A stretch of DNA of 64,000 nucleotides from Nitrosopumilus sp. (GCA_965203315.1 CBDBCE010000004.1:64001-128000), one strand, 5' to 3'; shown: positions 28,761 through 40,445, counted from the first letter of the stretch. Translations and numbers: made by a program. Notes: generated from the sequence alone by a model not told the origin.

Positions 28761-31449
28761 ATTGTTTACGCGCTTTGGTTTTTCACAACTCACCGAGATT
28801 CAAAAGAGAGCAGTACCAAAGATTCTCCAGAAACGAGACTCGTTAATTGTTGCACCCACTGGTTCAGGCAAAACCGAATGCTCTGTGATACCGATCTTTG
28901 AAATGCTGTCACGCGTCTCGGAGCTAGGAAAGATAAAGGCACTTTACATTACTCCGCTCCGTGCTCTTAACCGAGACGTCTTTCGCCGTATAACAAAGTA
29001 TGCACAAGGAAACAGTCTTGCAATTGATATTCGACATGGAGATACATCACAACGAGATCGCAAACGAATAAGTGACAACCCTCCAGATGTCTTGATAACC
29101 ACTCCTGAGACTTTGGTTATACTACTCACTCAACCAAAGATGCTTGCTGCTCTTGCTGCCCTTGAATGGGTTATAATAGATGAAGTGCACGAGTTACTGT
29201 CTAGCGAGCGAGGTTCTCAGTTGTCGTTGACCATTGAACGACTCGAGATAAATTCCAAGTATCCATTGACCAGAGTCGGACTCTCTGCAACCGTTGGCAA
29301 CTTTGAAGAAGCGGCCAAGTTTGTAGTGGGCACTAAAAGACGTTGCGAGATCATTCGTGATACCTCTGTTCGTAAATATGATGTCGATATTAGATATGTT
29401 GACGGTACAATATCTGATGTTGCTCAAAAGATCCTTGACTATGTATCTGAGATGAATTTAGACTCACCTGTTTTACTCTTTACGAATACACGAGGTGAGG
29501 CAGAGTTTTTGGCATCTGTGTTACGCGAACGTGCAGAGATTCCGATCGAGATGCATCATGGATCACTATCCAAAGAGGTACGAGAAGAGACCGAGTCATC
29601 GCTTCGACTTGGCAACAAAGGTATTGTTGTATGTACCTCGTCTCTAGAGTTGGGACTGGATCTTGGTTCAATCGAACTTGTTATTCATTATGGTTCACCC
29701 AGACAAGTATCAAAGTTTGTACAACGCATAGGTCGCAGCAGACATAATCGTCACTCGTCAGCACGTGGATTGATCGTAACAAATAGCGCCGATGATGAGT
29801 TTGAAGCAAATGCGATTCTAGCAAGAATTCGACTGGGATCGATAGAAGATCAAAAGATACACCACAAATCACTCGACGTGCTTGCTCACCATCTAGTTGG
29901 GTTGGTAATGCAGATGGGAGAGATGACCGTCGGTACCACCCTCGATATACTGACTCGAGCTTACCCATTTCGTGATCTGACGTATAAAGAACTAGTCGAT
30001 GTTTTGAGTCTACTTGATTCTAACAACTTGATATACTTTGATCAAGGTACGATGACCTTCAAGAAGAGAGGCTACTCTTTCAAGTATCACTTTGAGAACC
30101 TATCTACGATTCCTGACATACTGCGATTCAAGGTCTTTGATAGTGTAGGTAAGAAGATCATCGGCTCGCTAGATCAACGATTTGTAGGCGATTATGGTGA
30201 CTCTGGCAATATCTTTGTACTGCGTGGAATGAAATGGAGGATTCTGAGTGTAGATGAAAAGTCATTTACGGTCAACGTTGAACCATTTCGAGGTGGTGGA
30301 ATTACCGTCCCTTACTGGGAAGGAGAGAGTATTCCAATAGATTACAATACTGCAAGAAAGGTTGGACAGTTTCGAACTGGACACGATCCTAAATTCAAGA
30401 TACATAACGATATCATCTCAAATCTCGACATCACGGTTCCAGACCAAACTTGCATGGTTGTAGAGTCAAATCGTTCTGAAGGTTCGATTGTAATACACGC
30501 TTGCTTTGGTACCAAGATCAATACAACACTGGCAGCACTCTTGTCATCGATGTTGTCATCCATATTGGGCTCGACTGTGGTCTCTCGCTCTGATGCGTAT
30601 AGGATCGTACTTTCATCTAACTCTCGTATATCTAGACAGTTATTTCTAAACGTAATTGTAGATGAGTATGATCTCTATGCAATAATTCAAGCATCTCTTG
30701 TAGGAACACATAACGTCAATTGGCGTACATGGTGTGTAGCAAAAAAGTTTGGTATAGTGGGACGTGGTGCCATATATGACAAGAGATCGGCTCGATTCTT
30801 GTATGAGCGATATGTAAAGACTCCTCTAGTTGACGAAGCCCTTCGTGAACTCTTTCATGATAAATATGATGTGCCAAGTTGTACCAAGATACTAGATGAC
30901 ATACGTCACAGTCTGATCAAGATAGAGTGGATCGAGGTTGACAAATTTACTAGACTTGCTGAACCGATACTAGATCACACAGCTAAATACTACTCTTCAC
31001 CTACAAACCTAGATCAAGGAATCTTGAATCTAGTCAAAGAACGACTATACTCCACCAAACATCGTCTGATATGTGCAAGGTGTGGTAGATGGGAGTCTAT
31101 TCTAGAGACGCGTCAAGTTGTTGGCACACTTGCATGTCCGTACTGTAAAGGTAGACAGATCACTGCCACATTCTACTCTGATCATGATCTATCAAAGATA
31201 ATCAGAAAGAGATATGATGGTTCTAAAGTATCTGCAGATGAATCACACCGACTTGCTCGTGCATGGAAGGTTGCATCACTTGTAGAGAGTTTTGGCAAAA
31301 CTGCAATAATCGTCATGTCAGGATATGGTATAGGTGCTGACACTGCAGCTCGAATTCTTCGGAATATGGTAGATGAAGAGTATCTCTTTCGACAGATATA
31401 CGAAGCAGAGCGCAAGTATGTCATGAATCGAGGCTTTTGGGACTCGTAG
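28717..31449 (+). CDS. lhr: Lhr-like SF2 helicase with C-terminal Zn finger
   Basis: APTGSGKT, DEVH, SAT, HHGSL, SSLELGLD, QRIGRS, CxxC..CxxC. Confidence 0.93.
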   Translation: MNEHDQTSQTNPTLELFTRFGFSQLTEIQKRAVPKILQKRDSLIVAPTGSGKTECSVIPIFEMLSRVSELGKIKALYITPLRALNRDVFRRITKYAQGNSLAIDIRHGDTSQRDRKRISDNPPDVLITTPETLVILLTQPKMLAALAALEWVIIDEVHELLSSERGSQLSLTIERLEINSKYPLTRVGLSATVGNFEEAAKFVVGTKRRCEIIRDTSVRKYDVDIRYVDGTISDVAQKILDYVSEMNLDSPVLLFTNTRGEAEFLASVLRERAEIPIEMHHGSLSKEVREETESSLRLGNKGIVVCTSSLELGLDLGSIELVIHYGSPRQVSKFVQRIGRSRHNRHSSARGLIVTNSADDEFEANAILARIRLGSIEDQKIHHKSLDVLAHHLVGLVMQMGEMTVGTTLDILTRAYPFRDLTYKELVDVLSLLDSNNLIYFDQGTMTFKKRGYSFKYHFENLSTIPDILRFKVFDSVGKKIIGSLDQRFVGDYGDSGNIFVLRGMKWRILSVDEKSFTVNVEPFRGGGITVPYWEGESIPIDYNTARKVGQFRTGHDPKFKIHNDIISNLDITVPDQTCMVVESNRSEGSIVIHACFGTKINTTLAALLSSMLSSILGSTVVSRSDAYRIVLSSNSRISRQLFLNVIVDEYDLYAIIQASLVGTHNVNWRTWCVAKKFGIVGRGAIYDKRSARFLYERYVKTPLVDEALRELFHDKYDVPSCTKILDDIRHSLIKIEWIEVDKFTRLAEPILDHTAKYYSSPTNLDQGILNLVKERLYSTKHRLICARCGRWESILETRQVVGTLACPYCKGRQITATFYSDHDLSKIIRKRYDGSKVSADESHRLARAWKVASLVESFGKTAIIVMSGYGIGADTAARILRNMVDEEYLFRQIYEAERKYVMNRGFWDS

Positions 31450-32836
31450 ATTTCTTCATGATCTTGGAGAAATGATTCAACATTAACTCTAAACTTCCAT
31501 CAGGTCCGGCCTTTGCATTGGCACCAATAATCTGTACGATATCACCGCTCTCAAACTTTGTTATCTCTCTTGCCACATCACGCCATCCTTTTATCCATAT
31601 GCTCTTGGACTCATCTTCTATGAAAGCTTCTGCTAATGAGACGGTCTCACCATTCTTTGTCTGAATCTCTCGCATCTCGGGCGGTTTTAAGATTATTCCT
31701 TCGACGCAGTATGTGCCGTTGATCTTTACATCTTGGATCCTAGTTCGCAGCTTGTCGATATTTGGAATAGAACCGTCGTCATCTAGTTTTCTTACCAACG
31801 AGTCGACATCAATAGTTATGGCACTACCATATGCTTTCGATGGCATACAATCTATGATGTCTCCTTCTTCAAAACTTGCCTGTCTTGCATAATCAGTAAT
31901 GTTGTATAGACTCTCATTTTTGTCCACAGCGAGGATCACGTCTCTGTCATCTCGCTGTACAATAGTTAAGACTCGTACTGTTATTGGTTCCGAGTCTTTG
32001 GATCCCTCGACATTAATTATGGTTGCATCATCGCCATGAACCTCCAATCCCATATTTCCCTGTTTTACACGAACTCCAAACAATTCTACTCTTGCATCTT
32101 TTGCGACTATGTTTGGAATATCAGACTCGTCCTTTCCCCAGATTACTACGCCCGTGGTGTTGCCTTGTCCGCCCTTTAGTTTCATCTTTAATGCCTTGCC
32201 TTGTCTACCTTTTGTCGTAGTAAACTTTATTCCTTTGATCTCTCCGTCGTTTGTTCCAAATATGGCGATGTTCTTGTCCCCTTCTTTTACATCACTGATA
32301 TCTTTTACAATCTTGTCGATGCTCTGAATATCGCTCTCAGAGTTGACGAGTTCTATACTAGATCCATCTCCCATGTTTATTGTAGGCGATCCGTCGATAT
32401 CAGCTTTAACATATGCCTTTATTATCTTGACAAGATCGCCTGGCTTTAGGTTATCAATTACAGCAAGTTTTGCTTGGTCGTTCCACAACCTTACGCTTGC
32501 CGTTGCGTCTGTATCGTATACGGTCATTGTTCGTAGGGTTGTAGGCGAACCATCTTTTCTAGAAAACTCTTTGGGACCTGATAGATTCATTACTCTGGCC
32601 TCTATGGATACCTCCTTTGCTCCGCCATACAGATCCTTTATCTTCATCTCTGTCTTGAGCGGTTTCTCCAATTTTATGCCATAGTCTCCAGCAATCAAGT
32701 GTACCGCGCCACTATCGGTCAGATATCCGGCACCAATCTTGTCTTTCTTTATTTTTATCTGTTCGTTGATGTACTCTTTTGTAAGATCTGGTTTCTGATT
32801 ACAAAGTATCTCAATAAGCTCTTCTGCCTCTGCCAT
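31421..32836 (-). CDS. rpa: Replication protein A (multi-OB-fold ssDNA-binding protein)
   Basis: Repeated OB motifs (MKIKDL..V..F.RKDG..DT..VRLW). Confidence 0.88.
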   Translation of the reverse strand: MAEAEELIEILCNQKPDLTKEYINEQIKIKKDKIGAGYLTDSGAVHLIAGDYGIKLEKPLKTEMKIKDLYGGAKEVSIEARVMNLSGPKEFSRKDGSPTTLRTMTVYDTDATASVRLWNDQAKLAVIDNLKPGDLVKIIKAYVKADIDGSPTINMGDGSSIELVNSESDIQSIDKIVKDISDVKEGDKNIAIFGTNDGEIKGIKFTTTKGRQGKALKMKLKGGQGNTTGVVIWGKDESDIPNIVAKDARVELFGVRVKQGNMGLEVHGDDATIINVEGSKDSEPITVRVLTIVQRDDRDVILAVDKNESLYNITDYARQASFEEGDIIDCMPSKAYGSAITIDVDSLVRKLDDDGSIPNIDKLRTRIQDVKINGTYCVEGIILKPPEMREIQTKNGETVSLAEAFIEDESKSIWIKGWRDVAREITKFESGDIVQIIGANAKAGPDGSLELMLNHFSKIMKKSTSPKSLDS

Positions 32837-33472
32837 GATATTGTATGAATTACTCTACTATTAATAAGAATTTCATTCAATCGGTACACAGTTGCATGTA
32901 TCTTTTTGTTATTATCACTCTTGGTTATGATTGTTGTCGTACTGACTTTTGTAACTAATTGTTAGACTAGACCAAACATCTTAATTATATCAATATCAAT
33001 ATCATTTTGTACCTCGTTGTCGTAAAATGATGGCGTTGTAAATGGTTGATTTTACGCTTTGGTCTACTGGACATGATATCCGTCTTTGACAGCTGCATTT
33101 TACGTATCTATACTGGATGTTGATAATTCTAGTCCCTACAATGCTATTTGTGACTCGACAAGATTGGAAAGAATCAAACATCTGATCACTAATAATTGTC
33201 GTCATATTGATTTTTGATGGGATGTATTGTTGACTTTATTAGACAAGATTGTCGTCTGACGATAAGTATCTTGTTTTTGCATAAATATGCATTTTAACAT
33301 ATTTGTATAACTGGTATTTTTTCATATACACGACGATAAAATTATCTCATCTAGTATTTATTGAAATGATTGGGCGCTGTCAAGATAGTATTTTGACGAA
33401 TCATGAATTGGTATTCTAAACTATACATGAATGTCTAACATGCATGCAAAAACACTCAATCGAGTATAATCC

Positions 33473-35158
33473 CTATGACTCTACGTTTGGGAAGCAATTT
33501 GCCTTGTCTATTAGGATATTATATTCACCAACTAGTGGATTTATCTCATCTACGATATTATTGATCTTGTCTACTAGGGGGTTAGATTTGGCTACTAGTC
33601 CCCTATAGTCTACACTGGGGTCTCGTTCAATATCCTCTGGTGTTAATCCATACTTGGCCAACACGTCGATATATTCTTGGAACAACATGTTGTACTCGTC
33701 ATTGAGTAGTTCCAATCGTTGATCCAACCTATCGATCTTATCCTGATTCGCTTTTTGACCTATATAGTGATCATATTTGCTTGAAATTGGTGGTATCTCG
33801 TATCCCATATCATCAAATGATATTTGTGTGAACTCGTCAGATCCGTACATCAAATGTGATTCAGATGAGTGATGAGCAAGACCTAGAGCATGACCAATCT
33901 CGTGCATTATTGTATCGGACACACTGTTTGTATCAAGCTGAATATATGATCCTGTACAATCTCGATTGCCTAGCGAGATTAAAAGTTCACAGTAGGCATA
34001 TTCGCAGATTGCCAATCCAACGTGTTCATCTTGTACAAATCTATCCCACGATACTATGATATCTGCATCAGGATGTTTTATTTGAATAAAGGTTAACGTG
34101 GGATTTAGCGACTGCCAGATTGCAAATGCTTGATGTGTGGCAACAATTGGTATTGTTTTATTTGTTACAGGAATTGATGAATTGATATAGTATGTGATTG
34201 GACTGTATTCGGAATCTACCGGTACGACTGTTATGGTACTATTCGTTGCGCGTATGTTGAGAAAACACTCTGCCCGTTCTACCAAAATAGATCGCTTGCT
34301 GTCTAGAATATTCATCTGTACGTTTATCTCGTCGATCTTGTCTTGAATGGGATTTAGTCGATGTACCATACTAGAGGGATAATTGTAGATACTATCTTTG
34401 ATATCTTTAAGAGTCACTCCATACTCTGCTAGTATCTTGTTGTATTGTTGTTCTAAATCTTTACGTTTTTGTTGTAATTGCGTCCGCTGCTCATCCAATG
34501 CATTGATATCATCTAGTATGGGTTCTTGCTCTGTATAGTATGCAGAGTCGAGTGGCTTTGGTATTGTGTATAAAGTATTTAGTGTATCTTTGGTATTTGT
34601 GCCATACATTAGATGAGATTTGTCATCGGTGTTACTGATACCTAAAAGATGTCCGATATCCTGCATGATCTCTGTAGTAATACTATCCGAGCTTCGATGT
34701 ACATATCTTCCATTACAGTCAGTTGTACCTAACAATACTATTATCTTACATTTGCTATAATCACATTCGATGTTTGAATATTCTCGATCTGTAGACTTGA
34801 TCCCTGATACTATGATATCTGCATCATCTGATGCTAAATGAGTAAAGGTTAGCGATGGGTTTAGTTCTTGCCATGATACAAATGCTTTATGTACTGCATC
34901 TGTTATACTGCTTGATGTGGGTGATGGATCTATATAGTATGTGTAAGATCTAGATTGTGTGTTATCTGGACTCTGACCGTATATTGGAGTGATAAACTCA
35001 TCTGTGCTTAGTATGACTGTGAATATCAGCATAACAAATGATGTTGTCATAACTGCTCTATCTCTAAATTCATTCCGTACTATACATTTGCTCACAATCT
35101 GTTCTAAATGATTAGATGCGTAAAAACCATCCTGTCTTAATCTATTCATGTCCGTCAT
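33473..35158 (-). CDS. Secreted/membrane-anchored matrixin (M10-like) metalloprotease with duplicated domain
   Basis: HEIGHALGLAH plus Met-turn HLMYG in domain 2; QDIGHLLGISN in domain 1; N-terminal hydrophobic segment. Confidence 0.88.
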   Translation of the reverse strand: MTDMNRLRQDGFYASNHLEQIVSKCIVRNEFRDRAVMTTSFVMLIFTVILSTDEFITPIYGQSPDNTQSRSYTYYIDPSPTSSSITDAVHKAFVSWQELNPSLTFTHLASDDADIIVSGIKSTDREYSNIECDYSKCKIIVLLGTTDCNGRYVHRSSDSITTEIMQDIGHLLGISNTDDKSHLMYGTNTKDTLNTLYTIPKPLDSAYYTEQEPILDDINALDEQRTQLQQKRKDLEQQYNKILAEYGVTLKDIKDSIYNYPSSMVHRLNPIQDKIDEINVQMNILDSKRSILVERAECFLNIRATNSTITVVPVDSEYSPITYYINSSIPVTNKTIPIVATHQAFAIWQSLNPTLTFIQIKHPDADIIVSWDRFVQDEHVGLAICEYAYCELLISLGNRDCTGSYIQLDTNSVSDTIMHEIGHALGLAHHSSESHLMYGSDEFTQISFDDMGYEIPPISSKYDHYIGQKANQDKIDRLDQRLELLNDEYNMLFQEYIDVLAKYGLTPEDIERDPSVDYRGLVAKSNPLVDKINNIVDEINPLVGEYNILIDKANCFPNVES

Positions 35159-35227
35159 TGTATACTAGTCAGATTTAAAACAGTACTCATGTAAAGTCGC
35201 ATCGATCTTGAGTAGAATATCTATTCT

Positions 35228-36130
35228 CTATATCTTTTGTGTTGGAATCTTTCTCCATTTGGGAATCGCACTGTCCTCCCTCTCGAACTCGAGTGTGATC
35301 GACTCATCTCGTATATGTGGTGGTTCATCGAGACGCATATTGGCATAATCAACATATGATTGCTGAATATCTATTCCATAGAATCGACGTTTTAGATATC
35401 TGGCAACCTTTGTTGTTTGACCTGCGCCATTAAAAGGATCTAGCACTAGATCGCCTTCATTAGAGTACAGGCTCAGTAACCTATATGGAATCTCTTCTGG
35501 ATAGGGACACGGATGCTGTAAAAAACCTGGAGGTACAGGCGCTATATGCCAAACAGAATTTGCTATCTCTTTCCATGTGATATCTTGGTTTATGTTAGTA
35601 AATGCGTGTTTTATCTTTCGTAGTCTGTTGTCACCTTTTCTCATCACTAGAATCACTTCGTGCATTATATTTGCACGAAAATATGACGGGTATGGATATT
35701 TTACAAAACTACCTGCTCTGTTTGCACCTCCAGTAACTTTATGCCATATGATCTCTTCATGCAGAGACCAACCTCGCTCATACATTTTTGATACGAGAAG
35801 TGCAGGGAGTGGTTCAAGTGTCCCTTTGTTTATCTCGTTTCCAATAACTATGCAACAGTATCCTCCGTACTTTGTTGCCTTGTACACTTTATCAAATGTC
35901 TGGACCATGTCGTCCATATATTCCTGTACTGTGATCGCAAGTTTGCCTCTATAGTTCTTGTCTGGATCGTTACCATATTTGGTATGCATAGAATAGTCGA
36001 TAGCATTTCGATATGGTGGAGATGTAATTGTAATATCGATGGTCTCTGGTTCCAGCTCCGCAAGTATGGTGCTATTGTCACCACATATGATCTGATCAAC
36101 ATTCAACTTGCACAACAGACCAAATATCAT
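35228..36130 (-). CDS. Orphan beta-class amino-DNA methyltransferase (probably N4-cytosine)
   Basis: TSPPY before DPFNGAG; HPCPYP; no adjacent nuclease gene. Confidence 0.9.
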   Translation of the reverse strand: MIFGLLCKLNVDQIICGDNSTILAELEPETIDITITSPPYRNAIDYSMHTKYGNDPDKNYRGKLAITVQEYMDDMVQTFDKVYKATKYGGYCCIVIGNEINKGTLEPLPALLVSKMYERGWSLHEEIIWHKVTGGANRAGSFVKYPYPSYFRANIMHEVILVMRKGDNRLRKIKHAFTNINQDITWKEIANSVWHIAPVPPGFLQHPCPYPEEIPYRLLSLYSNEGDLVLDPFNGAGQTTKVARYLKRRFYGIDIQQSYVDYANMRLDEPPHIRDESITLEFEREDSAIPKWRKIPTQKI

Positions 36131-36277
36131 TTACTTAAATTTTTATTCTTGTGTGTAGTGAGTAGTTAGGCTGTCACTAGCAACAAGTTACTGAAATACA
36201 GAATAATTGATCTTGGCACTCAAGCGTATGATCGACCTAGTCGCTTGTAAACCCTTTAATTATGCACAAAAATTACC

Positions 36278-36883
36278 TTGTTTATGTCAATGATGTATAT
36301 GCCTGGCGCAACAGCAGTAGGTGTAACATTCGATACCGGTGTAGTCTTTGCAAGTGAGAGAAGGATCGCCATGGGAACTTTTTTGACGAGCAAGTCTACC
36401 AAGAAGACCTTTCCAATAACTCCCAAGGTAGGAGCTACTTGTGCTGGTCTAGTCGCTGACATGCAGATCTTGACTCTCCAGATATCAGCTATGGCAAAGA
36501 TTCGAAAGATGGAGTTGAAGCGAGATGTTCCACCAAATACTATAGCAAAGATGATATCAAATATGCTCTATGAACGTAGATACTTTCCTATCCTAACTCA
36601 AGTGATCGTTGGCGGTCTGATCGATAAACCAACTCTGTATACTCTTGATCCAATAGGTTCACTTCTTCCTGAACCGTATGCAGCAGTAGGTACCGGTGCA
36701 GAGATAGCACTAGGTGTACTGGATCCAAAATTTGATAAAAATATGAAACGAGATCAGGCAATAGATCTCGTACGTGAATCGGTGAGAGTTGCAACTCTTC
36801 GCGATGCATCAAGTGGCGATGGTCTAGATATATTGGTCATTACTGATCAAGGAATCGAAGAGTTTAGTGAAGATCTATCCTAG
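36278..36883 (+). CDS. psmB: Proteasome beta subunit (non-catalytic type, GAT instead of GTT)
   Basis: PGATAVG, AGLVADMQ, LDPIGS, RDASSGDG; start may be a downstream ATG. Confidence 0.93.
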   Translation: MFMSMMYMPGATAVGVTFDTGVVFASERRIAMGTFLTSKSTKKTFPITPKVGATCAGLVADMQILTLQISAMAKIRKMELKRDVPPNTIAKMISNMLYERRYFPILTQVIVGGLIDKPTLYTLDPIGSLLPEPYAAVGTGAEIALGVLDPKFDKNMKRDQAIDLVRESVRVATLRDASSGDGLDILVITDQGIEEFSEDLS

Positions 36884-37354
36884 TCGTAAACTCTTTCCAA
36901 TCTCCCAAAATTTATCCGATATGTAATGCAAGTTTTTCAGTACCTCTCCCTTTACCATTGTGTCGAGTTCCACACTAGATACCAGTGTCTTTCCAACTGC
37001 TAAGAACTTGCCATGCTTTTCTTCTACTATGCAGACCAATCTATCTAGTTCAAATTCATCAAACTCTGTGATGCCAGGTCGCATCAAGTTTGCCCCTTTG
37101 CACATGAACTTGACTGCTCCCATGTCTATCGTGATTCTTGGAAATCTCTTTAGAGTCTCAACCTCTGTCAAAAATGGAATATAGGTTTGATCTATCTTTA
37201 GGATCTTGAGTTCGCTTGCAGTAATAATCTGCTCACTAGCTGATATGTGATAGACATTAAAGTTTTTGATCTTTGGAATATCGATCGCCCATTGCTCTGT
37301 GACGTCATTGATTATCTTGACAGTCTCTCGCTTTGATATTAGATTTGATTTCAA
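36875..37354 (-). CDS. PUA-domain RNA-binding protein (MCTS1/Tma20-like)
   Basis: DMGAVKFMCKGANLMRPGI, HYISDKFW; TTG start overlapping the hom stop. Confidence 0.88.
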   Translation of the reverse strand: MKSNLISKRETVKIINDVTEQWAIDIPKIKNFNVYHISASEQIITASELKILKIDQTYIPFLTEVETLKRFPRITIDMGAVKFMCKGANLMRPGITEFDEFELDRLVCIVEEKHGKFLAVGKTLVSSVELDTMVKGEVLKNLHYISDKFWEIGKSLRLG

Positions 37355-38358
37355 GTCTGTACTATCTCTTTTCTGATGTCTAAAAGATCTCGCAAGATGG
37401 AACTTGCAGTCTCTATACCTCCTGCACCTCGTCCGATGATGGTTTGTATTCCAGAATGCTCTGAAGTAAAAGAGATTGCATTGAGTGTACCGTTGACGCA
37501 TAATGGATCATCTTTTTGGATCTCCCTGGGTTGTACAGTCAATTCTTTGTTACAAGATGCAACAAGTTTTACCACACAATTATTCTTTGCGGCATTCTTG
37601 ATATCTGTGCTAGATATATTGCGTATTCCAGTACGACAAATATTTGGTAGAGTGACCTTCATGTCCATTACCCAGTTTGCTAGTATGACGAGTTTTGCAG
37701 CTGCATCTAAACCGTCCAGATCTAGAGATTCATCTGCCTCTACATAACCTCGTTCTTTTGCATCCAACAATGCAGCCTTGAAAGATAGTCCTGTAGCCAT
37801 ATTTGAGAGAATATAGTTTGTAGTTCCATTGAGTATCCCGGCAAATGATACTATACGTTCGCCTCTGAGACTATTCTTGGCATAGTCGAGTATCGGAGTT
37901 CCGCCACCGACTGTCCCACTAAACTTGAGGATCACTTGATTGTATGTTGCAAGCTCTAGTAGTGATGGAAACGCAAGAGCGAGTGGACCCTTGTTTACAG
38001 TGATAACATGCAGTCCACGCTTCATCGCAGTTATGATATGAGACATGCCTGGTTCTGCATCGTGATAGTTACTTGCAGTAGTCTCGATTAGGACATCTGC
38101 ATCTACATTCTTGATGATATCTGGGCCAGAAATCCTACTCTTGAAGTTATATCCTCCTACTGTTCCTGCTTGTCTCTTTACGTCGACAAGTTTATTCAAC
38201 TCCAATCCTAGCGAGTCAACTGCACTACCCTTGCTATCAAATACCGCAACAACTCTTGGTTTGAGTCCATACTTTGCATATAGATCATCCATTCTAGACT
38301 CAAATAGTCGTACTAGACTCTGTCCTACGACACCAAATCCGCAGAGTATTATTCTCAA
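37351..38358 (-). CDS. hom: Homoserine dehydrogenase
   Basis: GFGVVG, NKGP, GILNGTTNYIL, DLDGLDAAAK, GRGAG. Confidence 0.96.
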   Translation of the reverse strand: MRIILCGFGVVGQSLVRLFESRMDDLYAKYGLKPRVVAVFDSKGSAVDSLGLELNKLVDVKRQAGTVGGYNFKSRISGPDIIKNVDADVLIETTASNYHDAEPGMSHIITAMKRGLHVITVNKGPLALAFPSLLELATYNQVILKFSGTVGGGTPILDYAKNSLRGERIVSFAGILNGTTNYILSNMATGLSFKAALLDAKERGYVEADESLDLDGLDAAAKLVILANWVMDMKVTLPNICRTGIRNISSTDIKNAAKNNCVVKLVASCNKELTVQPREIQKDDPLCVNGTLNAISFTSEHSGIQTIIGRGAGGIETASSILRDLLDIRKEIVQT

Positions 38359-38410
38359 TATTTGCCTCCTCTATTCATTGTATAGATCTGTATTATTATT
38401 TTTTGATAAA

Positions 38411-38812
38411 TCATCTCTTAGCATCATTCTCATGTATCAGTGAGATAGAGTTGATGCAATATCTCTGGTTTGTAGGTGCTGGACCATCATCAAATACATG
38501 GCCTAGATGGGATCCGCATCGTGCACAATTGACTTCTACTCGTACCATCCCATATGATGTATCAGATATGTATTGTATCTTTGTTTTGTCGATAGGTTTT
38601 GTAAAACTAGGCCATCCAGAACCGGAATCAAATTTGGATGTGGATTCAAAGAGATCTTGGCCACAGCACACACATCGATATGTGCCTGGTTCTTTACTCG
38701 TGTTATATTCGCCAGAAAAGGGAGGTTCTGTTCCATGATTTATGCATATTTCATATTGTATATCTGTTAACTCTTCTCGCCACTCTTGTGGTGTCTTTAC
38801 AATCTTTTCCAT
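38411..38812 (-). CDS. msrB: Methionine-R-sulfoxide reductase
   Basis: GTEPPF, KFDSGSGWPSF, HLGHVF, RYCINS. Confidence 0.97.
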   Translation of the reverse strand: MEKIVKTPQEWREELTDIQYEICINHGTEPPFSGEYNTSKEPGTYRCVCCGQDLFESTSKFDSGSGWPSFTKPIDKTKIQYISDTSYGMVRVEVNCARCGSHLGHVFDDGPAPTNQRYCINSISLIHENDAKR

Positions 38813-38834
38813 GGCACAGTTTTAGTACAACATG

Positions 38835-40445
38835 CTATATCTCTTCTTGCTTTCGTTTCATCTCGGTTCGTTTCTCTGCTTCGAATCTCTCGAGATCATA
38901 GTCTTTTAGATCAACAAATTTGATAACTTGACATATATTTGGATGTACTTTTTTGATCTCTGCAAACATCGTTTGTGCCACTCGTCTATAGTCCGCATGG
39001 CCTTGTGGTATTGTACGCAATTCGATGAGGTGACAGGCCTCTCTTAGATTCAGTCGTAACATGTACTGGTAATTGAACGCAAAGTTTACAACATACTGTG
39101 CTTGTTCTGGATACTTTGTTCGAATCTCCGTAAACGTCTTCTTTGTATCTCTCATACATTGTTCATAGGAACGATCTAGTCCCAAGATCTTGATCTCTTT
39201 TGGCACAGCATATCCAAGATCTGTTGTAAGTAGTTGTCTCTGTAGTGTTAAGAGTCGATGGCGATGCAGATCGCGAAACATACCAAAGTTGTTACATAGA
39301 TCAAACGTATAGTATATTCCCTCAAAAGCACGTGGTAGTCTATGTCTTCTGTTTCCTCGCTGTGCAGCAATACTGCATATTATCGATGTCTTGTCTTTTG
39401 GTGGCATTGAGCTTACTCGATCCTTGATATCTCTGTATCTCTGGGTAGCATTGTCGTACACTATCCCTGCCACCAATCTATTCATCGCTTCACTCTCTGG
39501 GATCCATTCTACCAAATCTACCAGGGGACCGAGTCTTGAATCTATACTTTTTATTGTACGCTTGGATTCAGATCGAACATTCTTGATATATTGCACAAGC
39601 TCTAGTCCATATCTATCTTCAACGCGTCTTACGAAAGCCTTTATCGTCATATCGAGCTCTCGTTTTATCTGTTGAGATAATCGACGTTCTTCGTCCAACT
39701 CTGACGACATGAGAATAGTTAAGAGATATTCGAACGCACGTCCATTTCCAGTTATGCCCACATTTGTGAGCGTTGCTGCAGGTAATAGACCTCGAAGGAT
39801 ATCGAGTGCTTTTGCTCTAGTTGATCCATTGTAGATTCGTACTGCAGACTCGACATCGTCACCAGCAAGTCTAGAGAATGACTCTTCAAGTTTGGTACTA
39901 GAATCCACAAACTTGTACATCTCGATAGGATATCGTTCTCGTATGTACTCGATCATGGGTTTGATATTTTTTGAATATGTCTCAAATGACTCGTTACATG
40001 TATCTTCGTACATGTCTGCAAATTTTGATTCCATTATTACTGGATCACGATAGAATCTATACTTGCCATGTACCTTCTTGTCTAGTTTGACATATCTGGA
40101 AGACTTTTCTAAAAAAGATAGACCGATACGACGATCTTGTATCTTCTTTACTGCAATGTTTGATAGACCTTCTATTGCTATCTGTGCTTCACCCAACTCT
40201 GCTACAGAGTCATCTCCGTACTCTAAGAGAACTCTATTGTAAAACACATCTCCTCTATCTCGATCTCTTAAAAACTCGTCAAGAAATACACGTCTCATAC
40301 TCTTGTCTGTTCTACTGTATCTGGACATGAGTGCCCCACGATCTACTTGTCTGGGGGTGATTATAGCAAAGACGTTACGATCTGTATTGGAAAAGTGTTT
40401 TGAGAGTATCTCTTTTTCATCTGCTGTAAACTCTGGCAATAACAC
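38835..40445 (-). CDS. thyX: Flavin-dependent thymidylate synthase, tandem-domain
   Basis: [28 protein letters not shown]. Confidence 0.92.
   Translation of the reverse strand: MLLPEFTADEKEILSKHFSNTDRNVFAIITPRQVDRGALMSRYSRTDKSMRRVFLDEFLRDRDRGDVFYNRVLLEYGDDSVAELGEAQIAIEGLSNIAVKKIQDRRIGLSFLEKSSRYVKLDKKVHGKYRFYRDPVIMESKFADMYEDTCNESFETYSKNIKPMIEYIRERYPIEMYKFVDSSTKLEESFSRLAGDDVESAVRIYNGSTRAKALDILRGLLPAATLTNVGITGNGRAFEYLLTILMSSELDEERRLSQQIKRELDMTIKAFVRRVEDRYGLELVQYIKNVRSESKRTIKSIDSRLGPLVDLVEWIPESEAMNRLVAGIVYDNATQRYRDIKDRVSSMPPKDKTSIICSIAAQRGNRRHRLPRAFEGIYYTFDLCNNFGMFRDLHRHRLLTLQRQLLTTDLGYAVPKEIKILGLDRSYEQCMRDTKKTFTEIRTKYPEQAQYVVNFAFNYQYMLRLNLREACHLIELRTIPQGHADYRRVAQTMFAEIKKVHPNICQVIKFVDLKDYDLERFEAEKRTEMKRKQEEI

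Noticed and set aside
36278-36883. Proteasome beta subunit without catalytic Thr1 as a novelty
   Set aside because: Non-catalytic beta paralogues are known in archaea with two beta genes.
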